In this document: piece by piece, positions 7,725 through 16,789 of the stretch
How positions within the stretch are numbered: the stretch's first letter is position 1
Layout: each line of letters starts with the position of its first letter
Assembly (NCBI GenBank): GCA_022601195.1
Contig: JAHZIX010000008.1
Span: 167,429-231,428 of the forward strand
Direction: 5' to 3'
Length of the DNA: 64,000 nt
Source: Deltaproteobacteria bacterium
GTDB lineage: Bacteria; Acidobacteriota; Thermoanaerobaculia; Multivoradales; JAHZIX01
Translations under genes and position numbers: made by a program
The notes under the pieces: model-generated
Seen by the model: only the letters and a program-made list of their open reading frames with translations
Databases searched by the model: none
Told to the model about the DNA's origin: nothing

Positions 7725-9626
7725 TCATTTCCTAGTTGCCGAGACGACCTCGAGTAGGTTCATACCTCGGCGAGACCCTCTCAAAGGGTCGAACCGAGGA
7801 TCCTGACTCAACCAAAGCAGCCTCCAATCGGAGCGCTCCGCTGCAGCCGCTTCAAAGAGATCCAAGGCCGCCTCCTGGTCTCCTGCTGCCAGGGCTGCGT
7901 AGGCCAACTCCCCAGGAGCGACGAAAAACTGCGCTCCCAGTTGCTGGAGGGCTCGATAACGCCGATCGGCGTAGTCCTCGAGAGCTACCTTCGCCGCCAA
8001 TCGCGAAAAGTTCTCCAATCGCTCCGAAGACGCTCCTGCGAGCTCCAAGACCCGCTTCGCTTGCTCTGCCGCTGCCTCTGCCTTGCCTTGGTGGGAGAGG
8101 CTCATTTGTAACATCAGGTGCCCTCCCATGTAATTGGGAGAAATGCTCACCGAAGTCCGAGCAACGGCCTCGGCTTTCTCGAATTTCCGAAACACGAAGT
8201 AGAGCCAGGCAGAATCTGTCGTGATCACTGGAGAGAGGGGGTCGAGGTTCCTCGCCAATTCAAATTCCGCCACCGCTTCCTCCTGGTGTCCAAGGGCTGA
8301 AATCAATAGCGCTTGAGCATGATGAGCAGAGGCTAGGGATGAATTGAGCTCCAGGGCACGGCGAAGGGACTCGCCAGCGGCGACCAGGTCCCAGTCATAG
8401 AGCATCTGGATCCGCCCAAGGAGCACCCAGGCGGAAGCTAGGTTCGGGTCCAATTCCAAAGCTCGTTGCGTAGCGAGGCGAGCCGACGGAACTCTCTTCG
8501 CAGGATGGACAAGCTCCCTCAGGTGCGCCTCCCCTAGTACCACGTGCGCCGGTGCCAGCCCCGGGAAGACCGCCAGGGCTTTCTCGCTGGCTTCCACTGC
8601 AGATAGATTTCCCTCTCGGGTTCTCTGAGCGAGGAAACGCCGAGCGGTGAGAAAATAACCATAAGCTTCCGGGGGAGCGATGCGTTCCCAGGGCTGCGGT
8701 TGCTGAGAGGTCTTGGGGAGCTCCAGGGAAAGCGCCCGAACCGTCCCTCTCCCTACCTCTGCAGGCAGGTGAAAACGCTCTTCCCAGGATCGCTCGAAGA
8801 GCCCTGCCCAAACTTGGACCTGATCTTGGGCTCGGATGAGCTGAATTGCTGCTCGAACACGGCTTCCTCGCCGCTGAACCGTGCCCTCGATGATGTAACT
8901 GACCCCAAAACGCTGGCGAAGCTCCGGCAGAGGCGGAACGGCCGACTGGAGACGCATGGAAGTGGAACGGGCGAGCACTCCGACCTTCGGGGAAAAAGCG
9001 ACTCCCAACTGCGCAATCAGCTCATCGGTGAGCAAGTTCGGTAGCTGATGACCGAGGGGCTCCAAGCCCGTGCTCTCGAGGGGCAACACGATGAGTCGAG
9101 GCATCTCTGGGGGAAGCTCTGCTGGGCCGCCAGCTCGGTACTCGGCTAGAAAGGGGCCACGGAAAACGACCACCACGAGAAAGACTAGCAAGCCCCCGAG
9201 AGCCACCCCCCAACTCCTGCGGTTCCGGCCTTGGTCGGGAGAATGATCTGGCGAGGCAATGCCTTCTTCCGCTGGTCTCCATTCTGCAGCGGCGAGAAAC
9301 CGGTACCCTCTCCTGGGCACGGTTTCCAGCCATTTCGGATCTTGGGCAGTGTCTCCAAGAGCAATTCGAATTTGCCGAATACAGACATTGAGACTCTGAT
9401 CGAAGTCCAAGTGGGTGTCTGGCCCCCAGACCTCTCGACGAATGTCGTCCCGGGAGACCAAGGCACCGGCTCGGCTCAGCAGGACGGCCAGCACTTGGGC
9501 AGGTTTCGGCTGCAGCGAAATCCACTCTTCACCTCGGCGTAGCCGCAAGGTGTCCAACTCCAACAGAAAATCGCCGAATGCCATGGTTCCACGGAGGACT
9601 TCGCTGCTCGTTCTAGCTGGCTTCAT
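7725..9626 (-). CDS. membrane-anchored transcriptional regulator: OmpR/CadC-type winged helix + TM + TolB-N-like + TPR
   Basis: LQPKPAQVL, VWG, SLNVCIRQIRIALGD, ETVPRRGYRF; one TM; LIVLPL..., IEGTVQR, QLIR...QVW; TPR repeats ending DPRFDPLR. Confidence 0.9.
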   Translation of the reverse strand: MKPARTSSEVLRGTMAFGDFLLELDTLRLRRGEEWISLQPKPAQVLAVLLSRAGALVSRDDIRREVWGPDTHLDFDQSLNVCIRQIRIALGDTAQDPKWLETVPRRGYRFLAAAEWRPAEEGIASPDHSPDQGRNRRSWGVALGGLLVFLVVVVFRGPFLAEYRAGGPAELPPEMPRLIVLPLESTGLEPLGHQLPNLLTDELIAQLGVAFSPKVGVLARSTSMRLQSAVPPLPELRQRFGVSYIIEGTVQRRGSRVRAAIQLIRAQDQVQVWAGLFERSWEERFHLPAEVGRGTVRALSLELPKTSQQPQPWERIAPPEAYGYFLTARRFLAQRTREGNLSAVEASEKALAVFPGLAPAHVVLGEAHLRELVHPAKRVPSARLATQRALELDPNLASAWVLLGRIQMLYDWDLVAAGESLRRALELNSSLASAHHAQALLISALGHQEEAVAEFELARNLDPLSPVITTDSAWLYFVFRKFEKAEAVARTSVSISPNYMGGHLMLQMSLSHQGKAEAAAEQAKRVLELAGASSERLENFSRLAAKVALEDYADRRYRALQQLGAQFFVAPGELAYAALAAGDQEAALDLFEAAAAERSDWRLLWLSQDPRFDPLRGSRRGMNLLEVVSATRK

Positions 9627-9679
9627 GGGTGAACTCAGGAACCGCTTAGGGAATCCTCAGCCTCTCTTAATGGATTCAT
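9622..9679 (+). promoter_or_regulatory. phased direct repeats (YTYA core, ~11-bp period), candidate wHTH operator
   Basis: CTCAG 9634, CTTAG 9645, CTCAG 9656, CTTAA 9666, flanked by TTCAT at 9622 and 9675; lies between the divergent regulator and peptide genes. Confidence 0.5.
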
Positions 9680-9924
9680 CTGCCGAGCCTTTCTACGGTC
9701 GAGACATGACGACAGCGAACGCAAGCAGGGATCACCATTCGGACCAATTCCACCCTTCGACCCACTCCCCGGTAGCACCAGGAGGGGGCAGCACCCTGCC
9801 TTCATCTCCGTCGACTCACCTCGGAGCAGTCTTCCAGGGTCCAGGCACCAAGATCCTTCGCCGCGTCGCCTCCCAACCACCGTGCCCCGGCTTTCGCGGC
9901 ACAAAGAGAAAGGACCGAAGCCTC

Positions 9925-10263
9925 ATGAAAACTCGTACCCTCTGTTGCCTGACTGTATTCGCCTTAGCCATCGTCCTCGGTTTCAACACCTACGCTGAGC
10001 TACCAAATTCCGAATCGGTCCCAGGGGTCGTGGCGGAAGCGGTGACGGAAGCCCCTGGAGTCAACGCACAACCGGATGCAGTGAACACGCCCGCCCCCTT
10101 TTTAGGGAATCAACAACCCGTCTTTCTGGGAAGTACTGCTGAATGTGATCAAGCTTGCCAGAATCAACTCGAGAGCTGCTTGCGGAACTGTGGCACCAGC
10201 GGGCCTGCCTGCGGATGCCTTTCCCAGTACATCTCCTGCACCTTGGCCTGTTGCGGTCCCTGA
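9925..10263 (+). CDS. secreted cysteine-rich pre-pro-peptide (112 aa; 9-Cys C-terminal core)
   Basis: AAAGGA RBS, ATG 9925; signal peptide to ...NTYA; acidic Pro/Ala-rich spacer; core CX3CX6CX3CX6CXCX6CX3CC; followed by a terminator. Confidence 0.85.
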   Translation: MKTRTLCCLTVFALAIVLGFNTYAELPNSESVPGVVAEAVTEAPGVNAQPDAVNTPAPFLGNQQPVFLGSTAECDQACQNQLESCLRNCGTSGPACGCLSQYISCTLACCGP

Positions 10264-10297
10264 GCTCCAGCTCGCACCTCGACAGATCTAACGAAAT

Positions 10298-10338
10298 AAG
10301 GGCGGTGTCGACCCTCGCGCCGACACCGCCCTTGTTTT
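10298..10338. terminator. intrinsic terminator, probably bidirectional
   Basis: 13-bp stem AAGGGCGGTGTCG / CGACACCGCCCTT followed by GTTTT, preceded by A-rich bases; between convergent genes. Confidence 0.8.
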
Positions 10339-10362
10339 GGGCTCGTTGTGTTCAGATGAGAC

Positions 10363-11556
10363 CTAAGCCGGACCGACGACGCAATCTCCGCTGCCCGTAT
10401 CGACACGAATGCGGGCTCCCCCGGAACCCCGGGAAGCACCGATGACTTCTCTGCCGCCGGAGGTCCGTAAGCGTGCGTCCTCGTAGCGCACCGATAGGTC
10501 TCCGCTCCCGGAGTCCAATTCCACATCGAAGCTCGCCTCCTGGGAGCTGAGGATCCTGACGTCACCGCTACCGGTGTCGATGAGGACCGTCTCTGTGTCT
10601 GCCAGGGGGCCTTCCAGGACCACATTGCCACTGCCCGTATCAGCTTCGAAGGACCGCACCGCAACTCGTAAGGCTTTGACCTCTCCGGAACCGGTGTCGA
10701 CCCCGAGCTCACCGATGGAACCGTCTTCTACCAAGACGTCGCCGGAACCGGTGTCCACACTCAAGCGGCCAAGAGCAGCCTTGAGAATTTCGACGTCACC
10801 GCTACCGGTATCCACCTCACCGTTGCCGATCATCTCGCGGGCTCTGACATCGCCAGAACCGGTGCTGATCATCGTTTCCCCGCGAATGGTGCCGAGCTCC
10901 ACATCGCCGCTGCCCGTATCGACAGCTAGCTCGCCTTCAAATCCACTCAAGCGAACATCACCACTACCGGTATCGAGGGAGAGATCTCCACTCAACTCAC
11001 CACCGACGATGTTGCCCACGAAGTTTTTTAGCTCGACTCGGCTGCCGAGAGGCAGGGTGACTTTGAGATTCGCATAGAGAGTCGGGTGGGAGCCTTTTCG
11101 GCTGGTGACCTTGATCTTACGGCCACGATAGCGGATCGAGCTGTTGTATCCCCAGCCGCTCTTCGGGCGGTTGAAATGAAACGTCTTGAATTCCTCCACC
11201 GGGTAGGAGAGGAACCACTCTTTTCCTCCCCCACGGCTCTTTTCTTCTACCCAACTCATGTCGTCCAATAGCCTCTGGGTTTGGTCGCTGTCCTTGCCGG
11301 CGGCATGGACTTCGGCCTCGACGACGACTTCGTCCCCTGAACCCGCGATGAGCTCGACTTCCCCAACCAAATTTGCCAAACGCAGCGGTTCGCCCCCGGA
11401 TAGGGAAAAGGATTCAGTGAAGGTCCGAGTTTCAGTATCCCGAAGACTCCCCTCCACTTGCTGGCAAGCTGTCAGGGTCAAGGTCAGAGCGATACACAAC
11501 AACGGCAGATGCAAGGATTCCAGACGAAAACGGCGATGCGAATTTTGTAAGGTCAT
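10363..11556 (-). CDS. DUF4097-family beta-strand repeat lipoprotein
   Basis: GAGGAG RBS before ATG 11556; lipobox LTAC; about 10 (D/S)TGSGDV-type repeats with ~19-aa period. Confidence 0.85.
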   Translation of the reverse strand: MTLQNSHRRFRLESLHLPLLCIALTLTLTACQQVEGSLRDTETRTFTESFSLSGGEPLRLANLVGEVELIAGSGDEVVVEAEVHAAGKDSDQTQRLLDDMSWVEEKSRGGGKEWFLSYPVEEFKTFHFNRPKSGWGYNSSIRYRGRKIKVTSRKGSHPTLYANLKVTLPLGSRVELKNFVGNIVGGELSGDLSLDTGSGDVRLSGFEGELAVDTGSGDVELGTIRGETMISTGSGDVRAREMIGNGEVDTGSGDVEILKAALGRLSVDTGSGDVLVEDGSIGELGVDTGSGEVKALRVAVRSFEADTGSGNVVLEGPLADTETVLIDTGSGDVRILSSQEASFDVELDSGSGDLSVRYEDARLRTSGGREVIGASRGSGGARIRVDTGSGDCVVGPA

Positions 11557-11651
11557 AACGTTCTCCTCTTCGGTTCCTAGTCTCCTACCACTCTGCAGGG
11601 GAAATTGTTTCACTCACTGGTAGACTTCGCGGGAATTCTAAGGAGATCGTC

Positions 11652-13862
11652 ATGAAGAGATTCTCGAGCCCCCGGTGGTTTGCCGCCTCGATATTCTGCA
11701 TCGCATTGTCAAACTTCGCCCTGATGGCGGAAGAAATCCCCTTTGCCCAGCTGTTCGAACCGGAAAAGCAGTTCCAACAAGCTGACCGTTTGGCCTGGAG
11801 CCCCGACGGAGATCGCTTGGCCTACCGTTTTGACGACGGAGAAGGCACAGGTCTGTGGTTGCTGGATCCCCAGGAGCAGACCTCGAGGCTGTTGGTGCGA
11901 ACGGTGGAAAGCGATGGGGAAGGCAGTACTGATGGGCTCGAGGAGATCACCACTCCTCGCTGGTCTCCGGACGGAAAGTCCATTGTGCTGACAGACCAGG
12001 GAGATCTTTTCCTGCTGAGTGTAGGAACCGCGAAATTGCGCCGACTGACCTCCACGGAAGCCGACGAGGAGGATCCCAAGTTTTCCCCGGACGGCAAACG
12101 AATCGCCTTCGTCCGGGAGAGCAACCTTCATATCTACTACTTGCGCGATGACCGCGAGAGGGCTCTGACCACCGATGGTGAGGGAGACCGAATCCTCAAC
12201 GGCAAGACAGATTGGGTCTATTGGGAGGAGCTTTGGGGACGGGATTCCACCGGCTTCTGGTGGAGCCCGGACGGCAAACGAATCGCCTTCTACCGTTTCG
12301 ATGAAAGCGAAGTTGAAGCGTATGCCCTGGTGAATTTCCAACCCACCTATCCGGAAGTGACCTGGCAGAAATACCCCAAGGCTGGCCAGACGAACCCCAC
12401 CGTTCGGGTCGGCGTGATCCCGGCAGCTGGAGGGGAATCCGTGTGGCTCGAGACTGGGGACCCGCAGCTAGGTTACTTGCCGAGGGTGGATTGGACCTCG
12501 AAAGATAGCCTGGCTATCCAGCACCTCAACCGGGAACAAAACCGCATCGATCTACTGAGCTGCAACGCACGCCAGGGGGACTGCACCAACCTGCTCACGG
12601 AAGAGCTGACTACCTGGGTCAACGTCGAGGATGACTATGCGTTCCTGAAGGACGGCCGCTTCATTTGGGGGTCGGAACGAAGTGGATGGCGTCACCTTTA
12701 CCTCTATGATGCCAAGGGTACTTTGATTCGCCAACTCACTTCCGGCAAAGGTCATGTCACCTCTCTCGACGCCGTCCAGGAGGACCGCGGCAAGATCATC
12801 CTCACCCGTCACCGGGAAGGCCCTCTAGGCGCCAAGGATCGCCGAATAGAGGCAGTGCACCTCGACGGTAGTGGCAAGAAGGAGCTGACTTCCGGAGAGG
12901 GCTGGAACGGAGCGGAGGTCTCTTCCAGCGGTCTCTGGGTACATACCTGGAGCGATAGCGACCATCCCCCGGTCCGCACCGTTCGGAGCCCTGCCGGCGA
13001 GGCTCTCACCAGCCTGCCGAGGCAGCTCTCTCAGGGCCCAGACCTGAACTTGCTCCCCAAGTGGGAGTTTCTGACTCTTCCCGGACCGGAGGGTGTACCC
13101 TTGCCGGCGCGCCTCCTCAAACCCGACGGCTTCGATCCTGCCAAGCGCTATCCGGTAGTGATGTACCACTACGGCGGCCCCCAATCCCAAGTGGTGCAAA
13201 ACAGCTGGGGGGGCCGCAACCGAGATCTCTGGCACAGATGGATGGCTCATCGGGGCTATGTCGTCCTCATGGCCGACAATCAGGCCTCGAACTTCTTCGG
13301 CAAGACCGGCGGAGACCGAGTCCACCGCCGCTTCGGCCCTACCAATCTGGCTGCCCAGCTGGCTGCCGTGGAATACCTCAAAGGTCTGAGTTGGGTCGAC
13401 CCGGAGAGGATCGGCCTCTGGGGATGGTCCGGGGGCGGCTCCAATACTCTCTACGCCCTATTCAACAGCCCAGGAACCTGGAGAGCTGGAGTCTCGGGAG
13501 CACCGGTTACGAATTGGACCCTCTACGACAGCATTTGGACCGAGCGTTACTTAGATCACCCAGAGGACAATGAGCAAGGCTACCTACTCTCCTCCTCGAC
13601 CACCCATGCGAAGCACCTGAAAGATGCCCTGCTTATCGTCCACGGTACTGGGGATGACAACGTACATCCCCAGAACACTTTCGCCCTCACCAAGGTGCTG
13701 ATCGATGAAGGCATTCCCTTCGAGGAAGCGATCTACCCTCGGCAGAAACATGGCTTCAAAAAAGCCGAGTACCGCCACTTTCTACGCCGCATGACAGAGT
13801 TCTTTGACCGCCATTTGGGCCCGCCGGGCGGGAGTTCACCGGGCGAAGTAGAGGCGCCGTGA
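11652..13862 (+). CDS. S9B dipeptidyl peptidase IV-like serine peptidase (secreted)
   Basis: AGGAG RBS; signal peptide; PD40 repeats WSPDG; DWVYWEE, YPKAGQTNP, YGGP, GWSGGG, DDNVH, QKHGF. Confidence 0.95.
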   Translation: MKRFSSPRWFAASIFCIALSNFALMAEEIPFAQLFEPEKQFQQADRLAWSPDGDRLAYRFDDGEGTGLWLLDPQEQTSRLLVRTVESDGEGSTDGLEEITTPRWSPDGKSIVLTDQGDLFLLSVGTAKLRRLTSTEADEEDPKFSPDGKRIAFVRESNLHIYYLRDDRERALTTDGEGDRILNGKTDWVYWEELWGRDSTGFWWSPDGKRIAFYRFDESEVEAYALVNFQPTYPEVTWQKYPKAGQTNPTVRVGVIPAAGGESVWLETGDPQLGYLPRVDWTSKDSLAIQHLNREQNRIDLLSCNARQGDCTNLLTEELTTWVNVEDDYAFLKDGRFIWGSERSGWRHLYLYDAKGTLIRQLTSGKGHVTSLDAVQEDRGKIILTRHREGPLGAKDRRIEAVHLDGSGKKELTSGEGWNGAEVSSSGLWVHTWSDSDHPPVRTVRSPAGEALTSLPRQLSQGPDLNLLPKWEFLTLPGPEGVPLPARLLKPDGFDPAKRYPVVMYHYGGPQSQVVQNSWGGRNRDLWHRWMAHRGYVVLMADNQASNFFGKTGGDRVHRRFGPTNLAAQLAAVEYLKGLSWVDPERIGLWGWSGGGSNTLYALFNSPGTWRAGVSGAPVTNWTLYDSIWTERYLDHPEDNEQGYLLSSSTTHAKHLKDALLIVHGTGDDNVHPQNTFALTKVLIDEGIPFEEAIYPRQKHGFKKAEYRHFLRRMTEFFDRHLGPPGGSSPGEVEAP

Positions 13863-14227
13863 ATCTGAGCCCGAATCTCGGACTCCTCAACCTCCTGTTC
13901 GCAGCAAGCTTTGTCTTTGCTGGCTTACTGGTGGTCGCTGTGAGCATTCCCCTCTTTCTGGGGAAAGTTCCGAGGAACCGTCACTACGGCGTGAGGATCC
14001 GCAAGGCCTTCGTCTCCGACGCCAATTGGTACGCCATCAACCGGCATGGTTCCGTGTTGCTGATGATTTTCGGAGGAGCCGTGGCGGCTGCCGGGATGGC
14101 TAGCCTATTCGTTTCTCTCGAGCCGCCGGGCTGGCCCTTGGTGATGCTGATTCTCGCACCCTTGATCCTCATCGGACCGGTGGTCGTGGGAATCTACCGT
14201 TTTGCCCGCAAGCTGCCGGATTCTTGA
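13859..14227 (+). CDS. SdpI-family membrane protein (immunity-protein-like)
   Basis: GTGA overlap with the peptidase stop; 3 TM; RNRHYGVRIRKAFVSDANWYAIN resembles the SdpI N-x-x-G-x-R...W...N motif. Confidence 0.75.
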   Translation: MNLSPNLGLLNLLFAASFVFAGLLVVAVSIPLFLGKVPRNRHYGVRIRKAFVSDANWYAINRHGSVLLMIFGGAVAAAGMASLFVSLEPPGWPLVMLILAPLILIGPVVVGIYRFARKLPDS

Positions 14228-14259
14228 ATCGATTCCCGTCTCAGGAATCAAGACCCGTC

Positions 14260-15528
14260 TCAGGAGTCAACTCCATTGCGCCAGCGACGCATGATCACAG
14301 CGCCGTTGGTGCCGCCAAAGCCGAAGGAGTTGGTCAAGGCGTACTCGAAATCCGCAGATCGGGGCTCGTGGGGAACGAAATCCAAGTCACAACCCTCATC
14401 GGGATTGTCTAGATTCAAGGTAGCAGGAAGTATCTGTTCCTGGAGTGCCAAAGCCAGCAGACCGCTTTCCAGACCTCCAGCGGCTCCTAGGAGATGCCCG
14501 GTCGTGCTCTTCGTGGAAGACACTGCCAATCGGTAGGCATGATCCCCAAAAACTCGCTTGATGGCTTTGACCTCTGCTAGGTCTCCAAGTCCCGTGGAGG
14601 TACCGTGGGCGTTGATGTAGCCGATGGCCTCCGGCTCCAGCTCTGCATCGTCCAAAGCCGCGATCATCACTCTTGCCGCGCCGTCCCCTTCCGGGTGCGG
14701 AGCAGAGATGTGATACGCATCCGCGCTCATGCCGTAGCCGATGACTTCGGCGTGAATCCGCGCTCCTCTGGCCCTCGCCTGCTCGAGCTCTTCGAGCACG
14801 ACGATGCCAGATCCCTCAGAGATGACAAAACCGTCCCGGTCCCGATCCCAGGGCCGGGAAGCTCGCAAGGGATCGTCGTTCCTCTTGGAGAGAGCCTTCA
14901 TGGAGCAGAAACCACCCAGACCCAGCTCCGCGACCTCCCCTTCGGTCCCTCCAGCGAGCATGATGTCGGCGTAGCCCAGTTGAATTTGCCGAAAAGCATC
15001 TCCCACTGCATGGAGTCCGGTCGTGCAGGCGGTACAAGGAGTGGTATTGGGTCCTTTGGCTCCGTACTTGATGGAAACCTGACCGGCTGCCATATTGGAA
15101 ATGAGCCCAGGAATGAAGAAAGGCGAGATGCGGCTCGGACCACGCTTCAGATGAACTTGGTGGGTCCGCTCGATCAAGGGCAAGCCGCCGATCCCCGAAC
15201 CGATAATCACGCCCGTGCGTTCGGAGTGCTCCTCACCGATGATCAAAGCGGCATCTTCCAGGGCGAAATGAGCTGCCCCGAGGGCATAGTGAATAAAACT
15301 ATCGCCCTTTTTGACTTCTTTCTTCTCGATATAGTCCGCCGGGTCGAATCCTTCGACCTGACCGGCGATCTGGGTCGGAAAGGCGGAGGGGTCGAATCGC
15401 GTGATCCGCCCGATCCCGCTCTTGCCGGCCAAAAGAGCCTGCCAATTCGCCTGGGTTCCCACCCCGAGAGGGGAAACTAGGCCAACTCCGGTGAGAACTA
15501 CCCGACGCCGTTCGATCAATCTGGGCAC
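14260..15528 (-). CDS. fabF: beta-ketoacyl-ACP synthase II
   Basis: RRVVLTGVG, ISPFFIP, TACTTG (Cys), NAHGTST, GHLLGAAG, NSFGFGG. Confidence 0.97.
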   Translation of the reverse strand: MPRLIERRRVVLTGVGLVSPLGVGTQANWQALLAGKSGIGRITRFDPSAFPTQIAGQVEGFDPADYIEKKEVKKGDSFIHYALGAAHFALEDAALIIGEEHSERTGVIIGSGIGGLPLIERTHQVHLKRGPSRISPFFIPGLISNMAAGQVSIKYGAKGPNTTPCTACTTGLHAVGDAFRQIQLGYADIMLAGGTEGEVAELGLGGFCSMKALSKRNDDPLRASRPWDRDRDGFVISEGSGIVVLEELEQARARGARIHAEVIGYGMSADAYHISAPHPEGDGAARVMIAALDDAELEPEAIGYINAHGTSTGLGDLAEVKAIKRVFGDHAYRLAVSSTKSTTGHLLGAAGGLESGLLALALQEQILPATLNLDNPDEGCDLDFVPHEPRSADFEYALTNSFGFGGTNGAVIMRRWRNGVDS

Positions 15529-15691
15529 GAAATGGGCCTTCCGTTCTTAGATGTCTGGGTGCCACAGGCTAGGCCAACAGCCCCTGCGAAATCAAAATCA
15601 ATAGGAGGAAACTCGGAAAGTGGCGACCGGTACCGAAAAGGTCCCGGTGGACCCGGACGCCCTTCCCAAAAAAAGGATGAATACCTGGGAC

Positions 15692-15949
15692 TTAGTTCCC
15701 GTCCTCGGCGCTCCCGTCCTTGGCCTGACTATCAATATAGGCAACGGCATCCTGTACCTTGCTTATCTTCTCCGCTTCTTCATCAGGAATCTCGATATTG
15801 AACTCTTCTTCGAAGGCCATCACGAGTTCCATGATATCCAGAGAATCGGCTCCCAAATCATCCGTGAAGCTGGCTTCCGTCGTCACTTCGCCTTCATCCA
15901 CTCCCAGCTGCTCCACGATGATGCTTTTTACCTTGTCACTTGCAGACAT
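15692..15949 (-). CDS. acpP: acyl carrier protein
   Basis: DLGADSLD phosphopantetheine site, FEEEF, GGAGG RBS. Confidence 0.97.
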   Translation of the reverse strand: MSASDKVKSIIVEQLGVDEGEVTTEASFTDDLGADSLDIMELVMAFEEEFNIEIPDEEAEKISKVQDAVAYIDSQAKDGSAEDGN

Positions 15950-16023
15950 GGATTCGATCCCTCCTATCCGTTCGCCTTTTGGAAACTTCCGATTTGTAAC
16001 ACAGCGGCCCGAAGCCGTCCATG

Positions 16024-16767
16024 CTAGATATAGAGGCCACCTGAAACGTTAAGTACGTGCCCGGTAATGTAGCCCGCTTCCTCAGAAGCAAGAAATACCA
16101 CCGAACTAGCGATGTCATCAACGACGCCGAAACGCTTCAGGACAATGCCATCTGACAGAGCCGTTCGGCTCTTTTCAGGCAACTCCGACGTCATGGCTGT
16201 TTCTATATAGCCGGGAGCCACGACATTGACTGTGATGTTGCGGCCCCCCAACTCTCGAGCCACACTCTTGCTGAAACCGATCAAACCCGCTTTACTGGCA
16301 GCGTAGTTGGCCTGCCCCGCATTCCCCATCACACCCACTACGGAAGAGACGGAGATGATCCGCCCCCAGCGCCGACGCATCATCCCTCGAATAACTTGTT
16401 TCGTGAGAGCAAAAGCGCCTGTAAGGTTAGTGTCGAGGACCCGTTGCCAATCTTCCAACTTGAGCCGTGCCAACAAGCTGTCGGCAGTGATACCCGCATT
16501 ATTCACCAGAACGTCGATCTCAGCAAAGCCCTCCGGGAGTTCAGAAAGCCTCTCCGGGAGGGATTCCGGCTGGCTGACATCCAGAGCCAAGGGGAAAGCC
16601 GCTCCACCAGCTGACTGGATCTCCGAGACCAGGCTGTCTAGCTTATCCTTCGATCTCGCTGCCACCACCACCTGAGCTCCGCGACTCGCCAGTTGGCGGG
16701 CAATAGCTTCTCCAATCCCCTGCGAGGCTCCCGTCACCAGGGCTGTCTTGCCATCCAAACGAAACAT
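16024..16767 (-). CDS. fabG: 3-oxoacyl-ACP reductase
   Basis: [17 protein letters not shown], fab operon context; ATG 16767 has an AGGAGG RBS. Confidence 0.95.
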   Translation of the reverse strand: MFRLDGKTALVTGASQGIGEAIARQLASRGAQVVVAARSKDKLDSLVSEIQSAGGAAFPLALDVSQPESLPERLSELPEGFAEIDVLVNNAGITADSLLARLKLEDWQRVLDTNLTGAFALTKQVIRGMMRRRWGRIISVSSVVGVMGNAGQANYAASKAGLIGFSKSVARELGGRNITVNVVAPGYIETAMTSELPEKSRTALSDGIVLKRFGVVDDIASSVVFLASEEAGYITGHVLNVSGGLYI

Positions 16768-16789
16768 CGGCGTCCCTCCTAACTCCACA

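Noticed and set aside
9925-10263. Precursor of a known RiPP class (lanthipeptide, ranthipeptide/SCIFF)
   Set aside because: Has a Sec-type signal peptide and no LanB/C/M, radical SAM, YcaO or peptidase-ABC transporter nearby
10370-10990. Repeated CC(G/C)GT(A/G)TC motifs every ~57 bp
   Set aside because: These encode the DTGSGD protein repeats of the DUF4097 gene
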